From an uncultured bacterium (GTDB lineage Bacteria; Patescibacteriota; Minisyncoccia; Moranbacterales; UBA2206): a DNA stretch of 64,000 nucleotides. The stretch lies in assembly GCA_903937035.1 (NCBI GenBank), contig CAIZXS010000001.1, positions 3,247 to 67,246 of the forward strand. Reading direction: 5' to 3'. Position numbers and translations under genes: made by a program. Under the pieces are notes generated by a model, which was not told the origin of the DNA, searched no databases, and saw only the letters and a program-made list of their open reading frames with translations. Position 1 is the stretch's first letter. Each line of letters opens with the position of its first letter. Shown piece after piece: positions 18,909-29,296 of this stretch.

Positions 18909-19763
18909 ATGGAAAATAAAACATTCACAAAAATCCGCTCGATAATATTTCAACTAGCACTCTTTTTTCTAGCGCTACTCTTGCCAGCGTTTAAATTTGA
19001 TTTCGACATATCCACCATCCTGACTGTTGTGACATTATTATTTACTATTCTTGTTGGCTTCTTTATTGCTGCCGCCACATCAAATTATCTCAGATTGCAA
19101 ACTATCATTTCCGATGAGGATGCTAGCCTCATCTCCCTATTTGGCTTGGTGAAAATATTACAACCAGCCATGGTAAAAAAAATCAGAAACTCGATTGATA
19201 AATATATGATTGCTGCATTAGATTATGGATTACTTGATTATTCTGAGTACACTTCAGGGGAGGTTGACGCTCTACTAAACACCATAGACGAAGTCACACC
19301 CACCAAGAAACACACAGAATCATTAATCCAAAATCTGCACAATATCAAAGTAAACATTATCTCAATCAGGCAAGAAATGGCAGTTTTAATTAAGCGAATC
19401 GTGACCGCCAGACATTGGTTTATCCTAGTTTCGCTGGCCGCTATCATTTCGGTGATTCTGCTGAGCCTGCGGAGTGGGAATATTATAACATCTTCCTTAA
19501 TTGGCTTGATTATGATAACCCTATATCAAACATTAAGACTTTTGCATCAAATCGACTCTAATTTATTTCTCGCAAGTCAATTGGCCTATGAAGTTCCACA
19601 AAAAGTTTTTCTAGCCATCGGTCAACTCAGATACTACCCAGAATATGCACTAAGCCGAAAGATAAAAAAAGCTCTAAAAAATGAACGTTATCGGGTCGGA
19701 CTTTACAAAAACTTTCCCGAAACCATGGAGAAAAAAATAAAGATAGTTAAGCCAAGCAAATAG
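18909..19763 (+). CDS. polytopic membrane protein, hypothetical
   Basis: Multiple TM helices; followed by a terminator (ACCCATC/GATGGGT stem with T-run). Confidence 0.5.
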   Translation: MENKTFTKIRSIIFQLALFFLALLLPAFKFDFDISTILTVVTLLFTILVGFFIAAATSNYLRLQTIISDEDASLISLFGLVKILQPAMVKKIRNSIDKYMIAALDYGLLDYSEYTSGEVDALLNTIDEVTPTKKHTESLIQNLHNIKVNIISIRQEMAVLIKRIVTARHWFILVSLAAIISVILLSLRSGNIITSSLIGLIMITLYQTLRLLHQIDSNLFLASQLAYEVPQKVFLAIGQLRYYPEYALSRKIKKALKNERYRVGLYKNFPETMEKKIKIVKPSK

Positions 19764-19784
19764 CACGCAACCCATGCCCGTCAG

Positions 19785-19820
19785 AACCCATCTGTGTTTT
19801 TGATGGGTTTTTTGTTTTTG
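19785..19820 (+). terminator. rho-independent terminator
   Basis: Stem AACCCATC/GATGGGTT followed by TTTTTGTTTTT. Confidence 0.6.
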
Positions 19821-19896
19821 CCATGATGGGTGGCGGCTCCTATGGAAACCTCTTGAGCCCTACTAATACCCCACCAGCCTACCGAGGCTAGTTTCG

Positions 19897-20259
19897 CTAT
19901 TCCTGACTCGATTCTTTTTTTGGCTCAAAGCGATTGATAATAGCACTGACAAGTGAAAGCGCGAGACTAAAAAGCAGTGCCCACCAAAAACTTTTCACAT
20001 AGAAACCACTGACGATACCACTCGTAAGCATGACGAGTCCGGCATTAATAACAAGCGTAAAAAGACCAAGAGTAAAAACTTGAATCGGTAGGGTAAGGAT
20101 AATTAAAATTGGCTTAATCATACTATTTAAAAATCCTAAAACAACCGCCACGACCAATGCCACAAAAAAGCTCTCTATAAAAATAGCTTCTTTAGGCAAT
20201 AGATATGCAGTGATGATGACGGCCAAGGCAGAAAGAATCCAACGAATAATAATTTTCAT
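19897..20259 (-). CDS. phage-holin-like / YvlD-type 4-TM membrane protein (PF04020-like)
   Basis: MKIIIRWILSALAVIITAYLLP...GLFTLVINAGLVMLTSGIVSGF pattern typical of the 4-TMS putative holin family. The ATG at 20259 is preferred over the upstream extension in the track. Confidence 0.5.
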   Translation of the reverse strand: MKIIIRWILSALAVIITAYLLPKEAIFIESFFVALVVAVVLGFLNSMIKPILIILTLPIQVFTLGLFTLVINAGLVMLTSGIVSGFYVKSFWWALLFSLALSLVSAIINRFEPKKESSQE

Positions 20260-20415
20260 ATAATTTTCAATTATAATTATGCCTTGAGTATAATCCAAAA
20301 TTATTCTAGGCGCAATGATTCTCTTGCGCCTGCTTTTGTATTTTTCTTCAAGCAAAGGTAGAATAAAGAAAAGGGATAGGGTTTGTCAGGGAAGTCTTTG
20401 GAAAACAAAAAATAT

Positions 20416-21525
20416 ATGGAAAACATTTCTGGCAGGGAAAATGAAGATTTGGGATATGATGCTTTTTTTGAAGCTAGCCGAGTAAAGCTCAGGCTGGTTG
20501 ATTTTGCTGTGGCGCGCGTGACTGCTCAGCATAAGGGAGGCTACCGGGTCAAAAACGCTAGTGGAGAATATCTGACAAAGATTACTGGAAAGCAAATATT
20601 TAATGCAACCGCAAAAGAAGATTTTCCCGCCGTTGGTGATTGGGTGACACTCAGCGAAGAGACCAATGGTCAAGTCATGATTCACAAAATATTACCAAGA
20701 AAAACTTTACTAAAAAGAACATCCGGGGATAAAAATAGGCTTGGCGAAAAAAGGGAAACACAAATTATCGCGGCCAATATTGACGTAGCACTGATCATCG
20801 AGTCAGTTGGAAGGGATTATAGCCTGAACCGCATAGAAAGATATTTTGCCCTCGCCAATGATGGTGACATCCAGGGCGCAGTCATTCTCAATAAAATCGA
20901 TCTAATCTCGCAGGAAGAATTAGAACTGAAAATTAATGAGATCAAAGGCCGACTAGCAAACGCCACAGTCATTGCCACCAGCACTTTGACCGATGAAGGA
21001 CTGGCGGAACTCAAAAGATATACAACGAAAGGCAAAACCTATTGCTTCTTGGGCTCGTCAGGCGTGGGCAAATCATCGCTCATCAATAAACTTCTAGACG
21101 AAGCCCCCATTAAAACCGAAAAAATCGGAGAGCGTTCAGGCAGAGGCAAACACGCGACAACCGCTCGAGAAATGTATTTTCTGGCCCAAGGTGGCATCGT
21201 AATCGACAATCCTGGAGTACGAGAAGTGGGAATGACAGACGCAAGCACTGGCATTGACAATCTATTCGACGAGATAACTTCCCTCTCTCAAAAATGCAAA
21301 TTCGTTGATTGCACACATGTACACGAACCAGGCTGCGCAGTACTCTTGGCCGTCGCTTCCGGCCAGCTGAATAAGAGCCAACATGCCAATTACATTATTC
21401 TAAAAAAAGAAACTGCGCACAACAGAATGACTGGACTGGAAAAAAAAGAAAAGAACCGCCAGTTTGGAAAATTCATCAAATCCGCAAAAAAGGGATTGAG
21501 GGGTATGGGGCATAAGGAATATTAA
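20416..21525 (+). CDS. rsgA: ribosome small-subunit-dependent GTPase A
   Basis: Circularly permuted GTPase motifs NKIDL, G-box GSSGVGKSSLINKL and C-terminal zinc finger CKFVDCTHVHEPGCAV. An alternative TTG start lies at 20383. Confidence 0.8.
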   Translation: MENISGRENEDLGYDAFFEASRVKLRLVDFAVARVTAQHKGGYRVKNASGEYLTKITGKQIFNATAKEDFPAVGDWVTLSEETNGQVMIHKILPRKTLLKRTSGDKNRLGEKRETQIIAANIDVALIIESVGRDYSLNRIERYFALANDGDIQGAVILNKIDLISQEELELKINEIKGRLANATVIATSTLTDEGLAELKRYTTKGKTYCFLGSSGVGKSSLINKLLDEAPIKTEKIGERSGRGKHATTAREMYFLAQGGIVIDNPGVREVGMTDASTGIDNLFDEITSLSQKCKFVDCTHVHEPGCAVLLAVASGQLNKSQHANYIILKKETAHNRMTGLEKKEKNRQFGKFIKSAKKGLRGMGHKEY

Positions 21526-21676
21526 ATGATACTAGAAAAATAACCCACAAATTCTAGCAAGAAATTCCCAAACATTTTCCATTTGTAAATTTAGATAAAT
21601 TTTTGTAACATTATTAATACAGTGACTTCTAAAAAATTCTAAACCTACCTAGGTAATCGGCAAAAAAGCAACAACC

Positions 21677-22363
21677 ATGAAATTAACACAAGAAATAATA
21701 AAACTATTATCCATCCCTGAATTATTCAGTGGATTTTCTTTTGTTGACCAGGATTATGTCATACGGGCAAGTGATTGTGAGTTTGTTGCAATTACTGGGA
21801 ACAGCCTTCTTTTGAATGGGCATAATCTATTGGACAAAATATACTCGCCTGACGAAAATGGTAAGGACTATATTTTAGATTATCAATCTTTCTTTCAAAA
21901 AATATCTGATTCAATCATCAAACTAGACCACATCGGGATCAGCTATTCTTGTCCTGATATGGAAAAAGAAATCCGCTTTTACAAAGACATTCTCAAAGAC
22001 AGCCCCTTTGAGCTGAAGGAAGAAAAAAATCCTGACGGTGATTCGCGCTGGTTTTTTGTTCGAAGCAAGGAGGACGAAGATGCCCCGCTATTTGAAATTG
22101 TTTTGCGAGAAAGCAAGGAAAAAGTAATAAACGAATGGGTCCCCCATTTTCAGATCGATCTCAATACTGCGCTAACAATAGAAGAACTAGGAGAATTGAC
22201 TAATAAATATCTCACCCCCGATTTCATCAAATGGGAAATGGATACGCCAGAAAGGGGCGTGGTTTTGGCGATGGGCTTTTTGGGGCAAGCAGGAAAAACG
22301 AAGATTTGCCTTGGACTAGGAACCAACAGAAGAATTACTAATAATCGCAATGAGCCTGCTTAA
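21677..22363 (+). CDS. hypothetical protein (possible VOC/glyoxalase-like C-terminal half)
   Basis: 228-aa ORF; LDHIGISY and PHFQIDL segments weakly resemble vicinal-oxygen-chelate motifs. Confidence 0.4.
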   Translation: MKLTQEIIKLLSIPELFSGFSFVDQDYVIRASDCEFVAITGNSLLLNGHNLLDKIYSPDENGKDYILDYQSFFQKISDSIIKLDHIGISYSCPDMEKEIRFYKDILKDSPFELKEEKNPDGDSRWFFVRSKEDEDAPLFEIVLRESKEKVINEWVPHFQIDLNTALTIEELGELTNKYLTPDFIKWEMDTPERGVVLAMGFLGQAGKTKICLGLGTNRRITNNRNEPA

Positions 22364-22469
22364 TCATAAACGAGGAAAAATAAAATACTAGAATTAATTT
22401 ATTAATCAAAAAAATATTGACACAAAGATAAGCATCAAGGAAAAGTTTTCGTTGCTATGGATTGTCGTG

Positions 22470-22823
22470 ATGTTCACGATGGTTTTTGCGGACATTGCTG
22501 GACTCATGAATCCTGGAACACTAAAGGCGATGATGAACGGTGAAGTGGGAATTCAAATCACCCAAGGAATTTTATTGGCCTTTGCTATTTTGATTGAAAT
22601 TCCCATTGTCATGATTTTCTTGTCCCGAATATTGAAATACAAGATGAACCGCTGGGCGAATATTGTTGCCGGTGTGATAACTATTTTATTTGTTGTCGGC
22701 GGCGGCTCCCCCTTCCCCTATTATGTATTTTTCGCATTTGTGGAAGTTGTCTGTATGCTAGCCATCATCTGGACTGCCTGGAAATGGCCTAACCCAGAAA
22801 GTGTCTCCGATACCAAAATTTAA
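22470..22823 (+). CDS. small polytopic membrane protein
   Basis: Three hydrophobic helices. The track start at 22452 is a TTG, so the ATG at 22470 is used. Confidence 0.35.
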   Translation: MFTMVFADIAGLMNPGTLKAMMNGEVGIQITQGILLAFAILIEIPIVMIFLSRILKYKMNRWANIVAGVITILFVVGGGSPFPYYVFFAFVEVVCMLAIIWTAWKWPNPESVSDTKI

Positions 22824-23098
22824 TTAATTAGGTTGAGTAAAATGAAAAACCTAGCCCTTAACTTAACACAACGCGATTCTGTAAGATTCGCATACTCAAC
22901 ATCTTAACAATGGGAGAATTATTGCTTACAAGTTGACTTGTGTTTCGGGGAGCTAAGATACCCGAAACAGATGAGGCTAAAGGATGAAAGAAAAATTAGA
23001 CATTTTCTTGAAATATACCTATAATAAAGCCCTGCAACTTAACATTATAATAACGATTGAAAATATCCATACAACCTCAAAAGGAGAAAATAGTAATT

Positions 23099-24457
23099 AT
23101 GTGCGGAATAATTGGAATTTATTCGGAAAAAAAGATCGAGCTCATGTCACTACTCTATTTCGGACTTCTCGGTGTGCAACATCGAGGGCAAGAATCGAGT
23201 GGAGTGATATTGTCGAATGGAGAGACTGAACTTGAACATCTTCATTTTCGCCGATTATCAACTGGCAAGAACTCCGTTGATAGTCTATTTGCCAAAAAAA
23301 ATATTCCCATTGGAGAGAAATTTAGCTTGGCAATCGGACATAATAGATATTCAACATCTGGATCGGTAAAAAATATAAACAACATTCAACCGCTTTTAGC
23401 AAAAACCCGCTATGGAACATTGGGCATTGCTCATAACGGAAACCTTCCTCAATCTTTAGCGATGCGCGATGAATTGAGTAAGCAGGGGGATATTTTTTTC
23501 TCCGATTCTGATACCGAGATTATTCTTAAATTAATAGCTCGGTCAAAAAGAAGCTCTTTAGTGGAAGCGATAATTGAAACTCTCGAAGTGATTGGCGGCA
23601 GCTACTCTTTGCTTTTTATCACTAAAGACGAAATAATCGCAGCAAGAGATCCCTATGGCATTCGCCCACTCTGCCTTGGTCAGTTTGATCATGGCTACAT
23701 GATTGCTTCCGAGCAAAGCTCTTTTAACAAAAATCTGGGGGTAAATTTCGTGAGAGAAATAGAGCGAGGAGAAATTCTCGTTATAAACAACGAGGGACTA
23801 AAAACTCACAAAATGAACATTCCCCAAAATGCCGCTCATTGCATTTTCGAATTAATCTATTTTGCCCGACCAGACTCCTTTCAGTTTGACCACTCTGTAG
23901 CTGATTTTCGAATGCAGACCGGAAAACTCTATAGTCGAAGACATTCTTCTTTGGCTATCGATGCGATTGTTCCAATTCCGGATAGCGCCATGTATTTTGC
24001 CCAAGGCTACTCAGATGAATCTGGATTGCCCTTAAAATTAGCGCTCTTGCGCAATCATTACATCGGCAGAACATTCATCACCCCTGGTCGAAAAAATATT
24101 CAAGCAAAACTCAGTCCGATAGAAAGTTTGATACGAGATCGGCACATCAGTCTTGTTGATGATTCTATTGTCAGAGGCACAACAAGCAAGAACATTGTTG
24201 ATATCGTCAGAGAATGCGAACCCAAAGCAGTACACTTTGGAGTTGCCAGCCCACCAATCATTGGGCATTGCTCCCTTGGGATAGATATTAAAAGCGAAGA
24301 AGAATTGGCAATAAGCGGCGGAAGGAGTGTCGAAGATATCCGCCAATCAATCCATGCGGATACATTAAACTATCTTTGCATGGAGGATTTGCGCAAAGCG
24401 ACTTCGCATCCTGATGATTTTTGTTATGGATGCTTCACCGGAAAATATCCGGTGTGA
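23099..24457 (+). CDS. purF: amidophosphoribosyltransferase
   Basis: MCGIIGIY N-terminal nucleophile Cys (class II glutamine amidotransferase) and PRTase motif VDDSIVRGTT. Confidence 0.9.
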   Translation: MCGIIGIYSEKKIELMSLLYFGLLGVQHRGQESSGVILSNGETELEHLHFRRLSTGKNSVDSLFAKKNIPIGEKFSLAIGHNRYSTSGSVKNINNIQPLLAKTRYGTLGIAHNGNLPQSLAMRDELSKQGDIFFSDSDTEIILKLIARSKRSSLVEAIIETLEVIGGSYSLLFITKDEIIAARDPYGIRPLCLGQFDHGYMIASEQSSFNKNLGVNFVREIERGEILVINNEGLKTHKMNIPQNAAHCIFELIYFARPDSFQFDHSVADFRMQTGKLYSRRHSSLAIDAIVPIPDSAMYFAQGYSDESGLPLKLALLRNHYIGRTFITPGRKNIQAKLSPIESLIRDRHISLVDDSIVRGTTSKNIVDIVRECEPKAVHFGVASPPIIGHCSLGIDIKSEEELAISGGRSVEDIRQSIHADTLNYLCMEDLRKATSHPDDFCYGCFTGKYPV

Positions 24458-24477
24458 AAGATGATACATTTAAAAAA

Positions 24478-24522
24478 AAGGAGTACGACTATGAACATAG
24501 CTGTACTCCTTTTAATTTTTTA
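24478..24522 (+). terminator. rho-independent terminator after purF
   Basis: 9-bp stem AAGGAGTAC/GTACTCCTT followed by TTTAATTTTTT. Confidence 0.65.
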
Positions 24523-24711
24523 AAAAAATCAAAAATCGTTTCTAAATTGCATAAATACCTATATCTGCTATCATAAAGAACTACTTATTTTAGTAGTTTT
24601 GGTAACTTAAAAAAAGAATGAATTTGTGTACATAAATTGGGATAATATCTCAAAAGTGACTGATTTTAACCATCATTTTTCCATTTTCACAAACATCAAC
24701 ACAGGGAGGAC

Positions 24712-26022
24712 TTGGCAATGATCAAACGCTATAGCAAAGAAGAAATCACGAAACTGTTTACAGACGCCGCAAGGTATGGAGCTTGGCTCAAAGTTGAGTT
24801 GGCCATCCTTCGGGCACGCGTTGATCTCGGCACGTTAGAAAAAGATTCTCATGATGAGATCGAAAGACGTGCCAAATTCGACTGTCGGCGCATCGAAGAA
24901 ATCGAAGCGGACACCAGGCACGACCTGCTTTCTTTCGTACAATGCGTACAGGAAGAAATCGGCAAAGATCGGCTTGCAAAATTTTTTCATGAATCCATCA
25001 CAAGCTACGATACGGAAGAACCGGCTACTGCCATAATCATCATTGAGGCCATCCAGGTAATCATCGCGGCCTTGCAACGACTCTGCACCTCTCTCAAGGA
25101 GAAGGCAGTGGAGCATAAATATCTATTAAAAATTCATCGGACTCATGGTCAACATGCCCAACCCACAACGTTCGGACTGGAATTGCTGTGGTGGCTCGAT
25201 GCAGTTGATCGCCAGATCGAAAAACTCGAAGATGTTAAAAAGGACATGGCATATTCGAAAATTACTGGCGGAGTGGGAACGTATGGAACAGGCCTAAGTC
25301 CAGAACTGGAAAAAAAGGCGCTTGAATATCTCGGACTCAAGCCGGCGCGCATTTCTGCGCAGATTATTCTGCGTGATCGGCACTGCAGAGTTCTCAATGA
25401 GTTGGCCATTCTGGCTTCACTACTTGAGCATATTGCGGTCAACATCAGATTGTATGGGCAAACAGAGGTCAATGAAGTCAAGGAACCATTTGGCAATAAG
25501 CAAAAAGGTTCCTCATTCATGCCACATAAAAGAAATAATATTCTCACGGAGAATGCCTGTGGAATGGCGACAATGGTGCGAGGATATGCGGGAATGTTAA
25601 TGGAAAAAATTCCCACCTGGGGAGCCCGTGACATCGCCCACTCCAGCATCGAACGAGTTATCATACCTGACGCTTTTGAGATCGCCAACTTCATGCTTTG
25701 CCGTATAGACGGTGTAATCAAAGGTATGGTGGTCAATAAAGACCAGATGCAAAAAAACCTCAATTTACTCAAAGGAGCAATCTTCTCTCCAGATGCTAAG
25801 GAACTTCTCATGAACAAAGGAGTTGATCCTGAAAATGCCTATCGCATCTGTCAGCGAGCCGCATTCGAAACCATGGAAAATGGCACGCCCTACAAGGATG
25901 CTCTTGAAAATGACACTGATTTTCCTGTCGACCTGAAAGGAAGTAAGGAGCTCGAGGGAATTTTCATACCTGAAAATACTCTCAAATACATTGACGAAAC
26001 GTTCGCCAGATTTGGGCTTTAA
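24712..26022 (+). CDS. purB: adenylosuccinate lyase
   Basis: Fumarate lyase family with PurB N-terminal pattern (RYSKEEITKLFTDAARYGAWLKVELA) and lyase signature region GSSFMPHKRN. Confidence 0.9.
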   Translation: MAMIKRYSKEEITKLFTDAARYGAWLKVELAILRARVDLGTLEKDSHDEIERRAKFDCRRIEEIEADTRHDLLSFVQCVQEEIGKDRLAKFFHESITSYDTEEPATAIIIIEAIQVIIAALQRLCTSLKEKAVEHKYLLKIHRTHGQHAQPTTFGLELLWWLDAVDRQIEKLEDVKKDMAYSKITGGVGTYGTGLSPELEKKALEYLGLKPARISAQIILRDRHCRVLNELAILASLLEHIAVNIRLYGQTEVNEVKEPFGNKQKGSSFMPHKRNNILTENACGMATMVRGYAGMLMEKIPTWGARDIAHSSIERVIIPDAFEIANFMLCRIDGVIKGMVVNKDQMQKNLNLLKGAIFSPDAKELLMNKGVDPENAYRICQRAAFETMENGTPYKDALENDTDFPVDLKGSKELEGIFIPENTLKYIDETFARFGL

Positions 26023-26063
26023 TTTCCAATAACTAGCAAAACTTCAAAGGAAAGGAAAAGGCT

Positions 26064-26489
26064 ATGCTTTATTTAGCATCGGACCATGCAGGCTTCACTC
26101 TAAAGACTGCAATTATTGCAGCTCTAAAGAAAAATGATGTACCGCATGATGATTTGGGATGTTACTCGGAAATTTCCTGCGACTACTCAGATTTTGCCCA
26201 CAAGTTGGCCGATCAGGTGCAAAAAAGTGGCGCGATGGGCATTGCTATTTGCGGCAGTGGCATCGGAATGTCGATGGCCCTAAATCGACATGCGGAAATC
26301 AGAGCCGCATTGTGTCACGAAGAAAACTCTGTGGAGTTATCCAGAAAACACAACGATGCCAACGTGCTCGTTCTCGCTGGAAGAAAGACGACTCTCGAAC
26401 AAGCACTATCATTTCTGAAAATATTTTCCGAAACTCAATTCGAAGGTGGAAGACACCTCGCTCGAGTGAAGAAAATAAAAATAACCTAA
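26064..26489 (+). CDS. rpiB: ribose-5-phosphate isomerase B
   Basis: RpiB/LacAB motifs ASDHAGF and ICGSGIGMSMALNRH. Confidence 0.85.
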   Translation: MLYLASDHAGFTLKTAIIAALKKNDVPHDDLGCYSEISCDYSDFAHKLADQVQKSGAMGIAICGSGIGMSMALNRHAEIRAALCHEENSVELSRKHNDANVLVLAGRKTTLEQALSFLKIFSETQFEGGRHLARVKKIKIT

Positions 26490-26512
26490 AACATGCACAT
26501 TACAAAGTCAAC

Positions 26513-26557
26513 AGACCCACCAACAAAAAATATGCGTTGGTGGGTCTTCTGTTTTTA
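26513..26557 (+). terminator. rho-independent terminator after rpiB
   Basis: 11-bp perfect stem AGACCCACCAA/TTGGTGGGTCT followed by a T-run. Confidence 0.7.
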
Positions 26558-26658
26558 TGCCAATTTTAGCTCTATTTTTTGTAATTTTTCAATAAAAAAA
26601 ACGGGCAACAGAAATTTATTCTGTCACCCGGGTTTTGGTTTAGGGAAGTTTTCCCCTT

Positions 26659-28038
26659 TTATTTTTCAGCTCTCTGGCGAATGTCTTCGAAAGAGTATTC
26701 GCGCATGAGCTGCCCATCTTCGAAAACCACCCTGAGCTGGTCTTCACCGGGAACATTTTCCGCTACAGTTTCATAGCGTCCAGCGTTCTTCAAAAGCTTC
26801 ATTCTTCCCGCCTTGGAGCGTTTTTCCGGATCCGTGATAGGATCTTTCATTACTTGCCTTCTCTCACCGTTGACTTTAACTTCCGAACATTTGATCGCAA
26901 ATTTTGAAGTATCACGATTTACTTTCTGCAAAAGTCCCCCGCCTGAACCAAAGGCAATGTTGTCTGCTGACCAACTATTGTTTTTAAGTGCAAGGAGGAT
27001 GGGTCGCAAAGTTTCTCGGTCAATTCCGTCACCTTGAATCACGCGCACCTTGGGATTTAAAAGCTTATAGCCTTTTGCATTTAATTCGAAACCGAAAGCA
27101 TCTCCCAAGATTGCAAACATTTGCGGCAACACCTCTGTTGGCTCGCCAGAGTCAGGACGAACCACGAGCACTCCATCACGCTCCAAGATTTTGTCGCGCA
27201 ACGCCTGCCCCCAGATATTCTGACAAGCATTAAAAATGTCATAGGAATCGGAAACAACAGCGACAAGTCCTGCGGGAAATTGATCGAGCATATTTTCATA
27301 AGCTGCCCTTTCATTTGATTTTCCCCAGGCTGTAATCGTGCTGTGTTCGGCTGCCGGAATAGAAAAACCGGCCATGGTTTCGGAATAATAATCCCGTGCC
27401 ACTAAGATGCCAGCGAGCGTATCGCTACCTTTGAAATTAACCAAGTGCGCCGCGCCGCCAATGCCGGCCGATTCATCAGATGTTGATCCGCGATAGCCGA
27501 AATCATGCAATTTGAAATCAATCAATTCAGGACTTCCCGTTTCTTCCAAAAATTCCCGAATTATTTTTTTCATATAATAACTCTGCGTGGCAACCGTCGT
27601 AGGATACCAGACCTGAAGGATGAGCGTTTCCAGATAATTGGTGAGCCAAGGCAATTGCGGATCAGTGTTTTCCATTGTAAGAAGCACATTACCAGTCGGG
27701 ATTCGCAAACCTTCCGCGACAGCTTTGATGCGCACAGGGAGACATCCTCCGTGTTCATCGACGATTCTTTGCCAACCGGCTTCGTTGAATATCTCACTGG
27801 AACCGAAATGTGCGGTAAAAAATTCTCGTGCTTCAAAAATGTCAGCTTGAGTCACCACTTGCCCGACAAGATAGCGCTTGAGGATATACTGCAATCCGAA
27901 AAATAATGTTTCGGGGAAAATGCCACCGCGGCTTTCCAGGAAGGAATAGACACTTCTCGTCCCTTGTGGATATTGCTTCCAGTGGGAAACCTTGTAGCTA
28001 TCAGTAGCCAAAATTGGATTCATTCTTGTTTTGTTCAT
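26659..28038 (-). CDS. nadV: nicotinamide phosphoribosyltransferase (NAMPT)
   Basis: N-terminal NPILATDSYKVSHWKQYP is the NAMPT hallmark; 459 aa; strong SD AAGGAGAACC upstream. Confidence 0.85.
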   Translation of the reverse strand: MNKTRMNPILATDSYKVSHWKQYPQGTRSVYSFLESRGGIFPETLFFGLQYILKRYLVGQVVTQADIFEAREFFTAHFGSSEIFNEAGWQRIVDEHGGCLPVRIKAVAEGLRIPTGNVLLTMENTDPQLPWLTNYLETLILQVWYPTTVATQSYYMKKIIREFLEETGSPELIDFKLHDFGYRGSTSDESAGIGGAAHLVNFKGSDTLAGILVARDYYSETMAGFSIPAAEHSTITAWGKSNERAAYENMLDQFPAGLVAVVSDSYDIFNACQNIWGQALRDKILERDGVLVVRPDSGEPTEVLPQMFAILGDAFGFELNAKGYKLLNPKVRVIQGDGIDRETLRPILLALKNNSWSADNIAFGSGGGLLQKVNRDTSKFAIKCSEVKVNGERRQVMKDPITDPEKRSKAGRMKLLKNAGRYETVAENVPGEDQLRVVFEDGQLMREYSFEDIRQRAEK

Positions 28039-28059
28039 TTGGTTCTCCTTTCCTCTTTA

Positions 28060-28950
28060 TTATTGAATGCTTGAGAGATGTGAAAGCAACTCTTCAGCTA
28101 GTCGTTTATGTTCTTTGATTACCACTTTCTTGCAATCCCAAATAGGGATCCAAGCCAACTCATCGATATCGTCTCCAGCACATTCCCTACCACAGAGTTT
28201 ATAGGTGACAAAAAAAGCTGTCATAACTCTATCCTCTTCTGCTCGGTAGCGATAATCTGAAACACGCCAAGAACCGAGATAAGTGAAATTATGACAATCA
28301 ATAGGGCCGGCTTCTTCCCTCAATTCACGATGCGCCGCCATTTCAAGCGAATCGTCAGCTGGGTCAACAAATCCACCAATAAAACGATACTTTTCTCCGT
28401 CGATCTTTTTTCGCCCCATCAACACGGCTTGATCCTCATGTCGCACGACAGCAATGTCCACTGTCTGAAATGAAATTGGAAAGCGTTTATTCTGAGCATA
28501 GATGATACCAGAGACAAATTGCTTGTCCGCCGTGACAGCGCCGTTAACTTTTTTCCGCATAACCGTTCCTGATGGCACAGTCATTTTGGGAACAGTAACG
28601 ACCGGATATTTTCCTGAATAATATGGAATAAAACTATCACGCGAACCAAAGAGCGAAGCCATATAGTCCGGAAAATTTTCTCCAATAATTTGATCCACAC
28701 TGTCTGACCATCTTGCATCTGATGGGTTATCCGGCAATGCGATAATCATAGCCTCAGGAAAGGCCTTTTTTAACATCATCTTACGAATTGCGAAATCTAA
28801 TGGATTTCGCTTACTTGGCATGGCCTGCGTCACTCCAACAAGAATTAGCAGTGCATCCGCCTTTTCGCACGCGTAGTTTATGAGATAGAGGTGCCCCGCA
28901 TGGAGCTCCGGCACTTGAAAACGTCCAATAATCACACTTAAATTTTTCAT
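28060..28950 (-). CDS. nadM: bifunctional NMN adenylyltransferase / Nudix (ADP-ribose) pyrophosphatase
   Basis: N-terminal nucleotidyltransferase motif GRFQVPELHAGH and a C-terminal Nudix box GGFVDPADDSLEMAAHRELREEAG, as in Synechocystis/Francisella NadM-Nudix. Confidence 0.8.
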   Translation of the reverse strand: MKNLSVIIGRFQVPELHAGHLYLINYACEKADALLILVGVTQAMPSKRNPLDFAIRKMMLKKAFPEAMIIALPDNPSDARWSDSVDQIIGENFPDYMASLFGSRDSFIPYYSGKYPVVTVPKMTVPSGTVMRKKVNGAVTADKQFVSGIIYAQNKRFPISFQTVDIAVVRHEDQAVLMGRKKIDGEKYRFIGGFVDPADDSLEMAAHRELREEAGPIDCHNFTYLGSWRVSDYRYRAEEDRVMTAFFVTYKLCGRECAGDDIDELAWIPIWDCKKVVIKEHKRLAEELLSHLSSIQ

Positions 28951-29007
28951 AGAATTATCCTTTCTTCTAATTAATTGTCAAGGTTCTGCTCCCTTCCTCT
29001 GCCTTAA

Positions 29008-29219
29008 TCGCCAGAGTTTACTGGATTGTGTAATTTATACACTAAGTAGGTAAAAATAATAAACACTTGCGTGTTCCCAGTCAGGTCCTCCTAATCTAGC
29101 TTTTTATGCGCTTTCGGATCAATAAATATAATTATCCGGCTCATAAAAAACGCTTCTTAAAAAAGTCCCCTCTTCTTCTCACCTACCAGCGGTTTTAAAT
29201 TACTAAGTGTAGTTTACAC
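29008..29219. promoter_or_regulatory. candidate NrtR operator palindromes in the nrtR / nadM-nadV divergent intergenic region
   Basis: GTGTA-ATTTA-TACAC at 29008-29022 and GTGTA-GTT-TACAC at 29207-29219, both followed by ACTAAGT-like sequence. Located between divergent nrtR and nadM. Confidence 0.35.
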
Positions 29220-29296
29220 AATAACTAAATATTTGTCAATAGCCTCCTCCGAAGTGTGATTGACCAACCCAAATTAATAGTGTTATTATAGTTGCA

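Noticed and set aside
22824-23098. Searched upstream of purF for a purine or ZTP riboswitch, or a PurBox (two inverted CCCGAAAC motifs at ~22957-22987).
   Set aside because: No purine-riboswitch or ZTP consensus cores were found. The CCGAAAC palindrome differs from the Bacillus PurBox (CCGAAC) and is more simply a hairpin; evidence is too weak to call.
22984-23229. 81-aa ORF overlapping the purF start, and the long N-terminal extension of the purF track ORF (23057).
   Set aside because: PurF must begin at Met-Cys (MCGIIGI, ATG 23099) because the Cys is the N-terminal nucleophile; the upstream ORFs are spurious.
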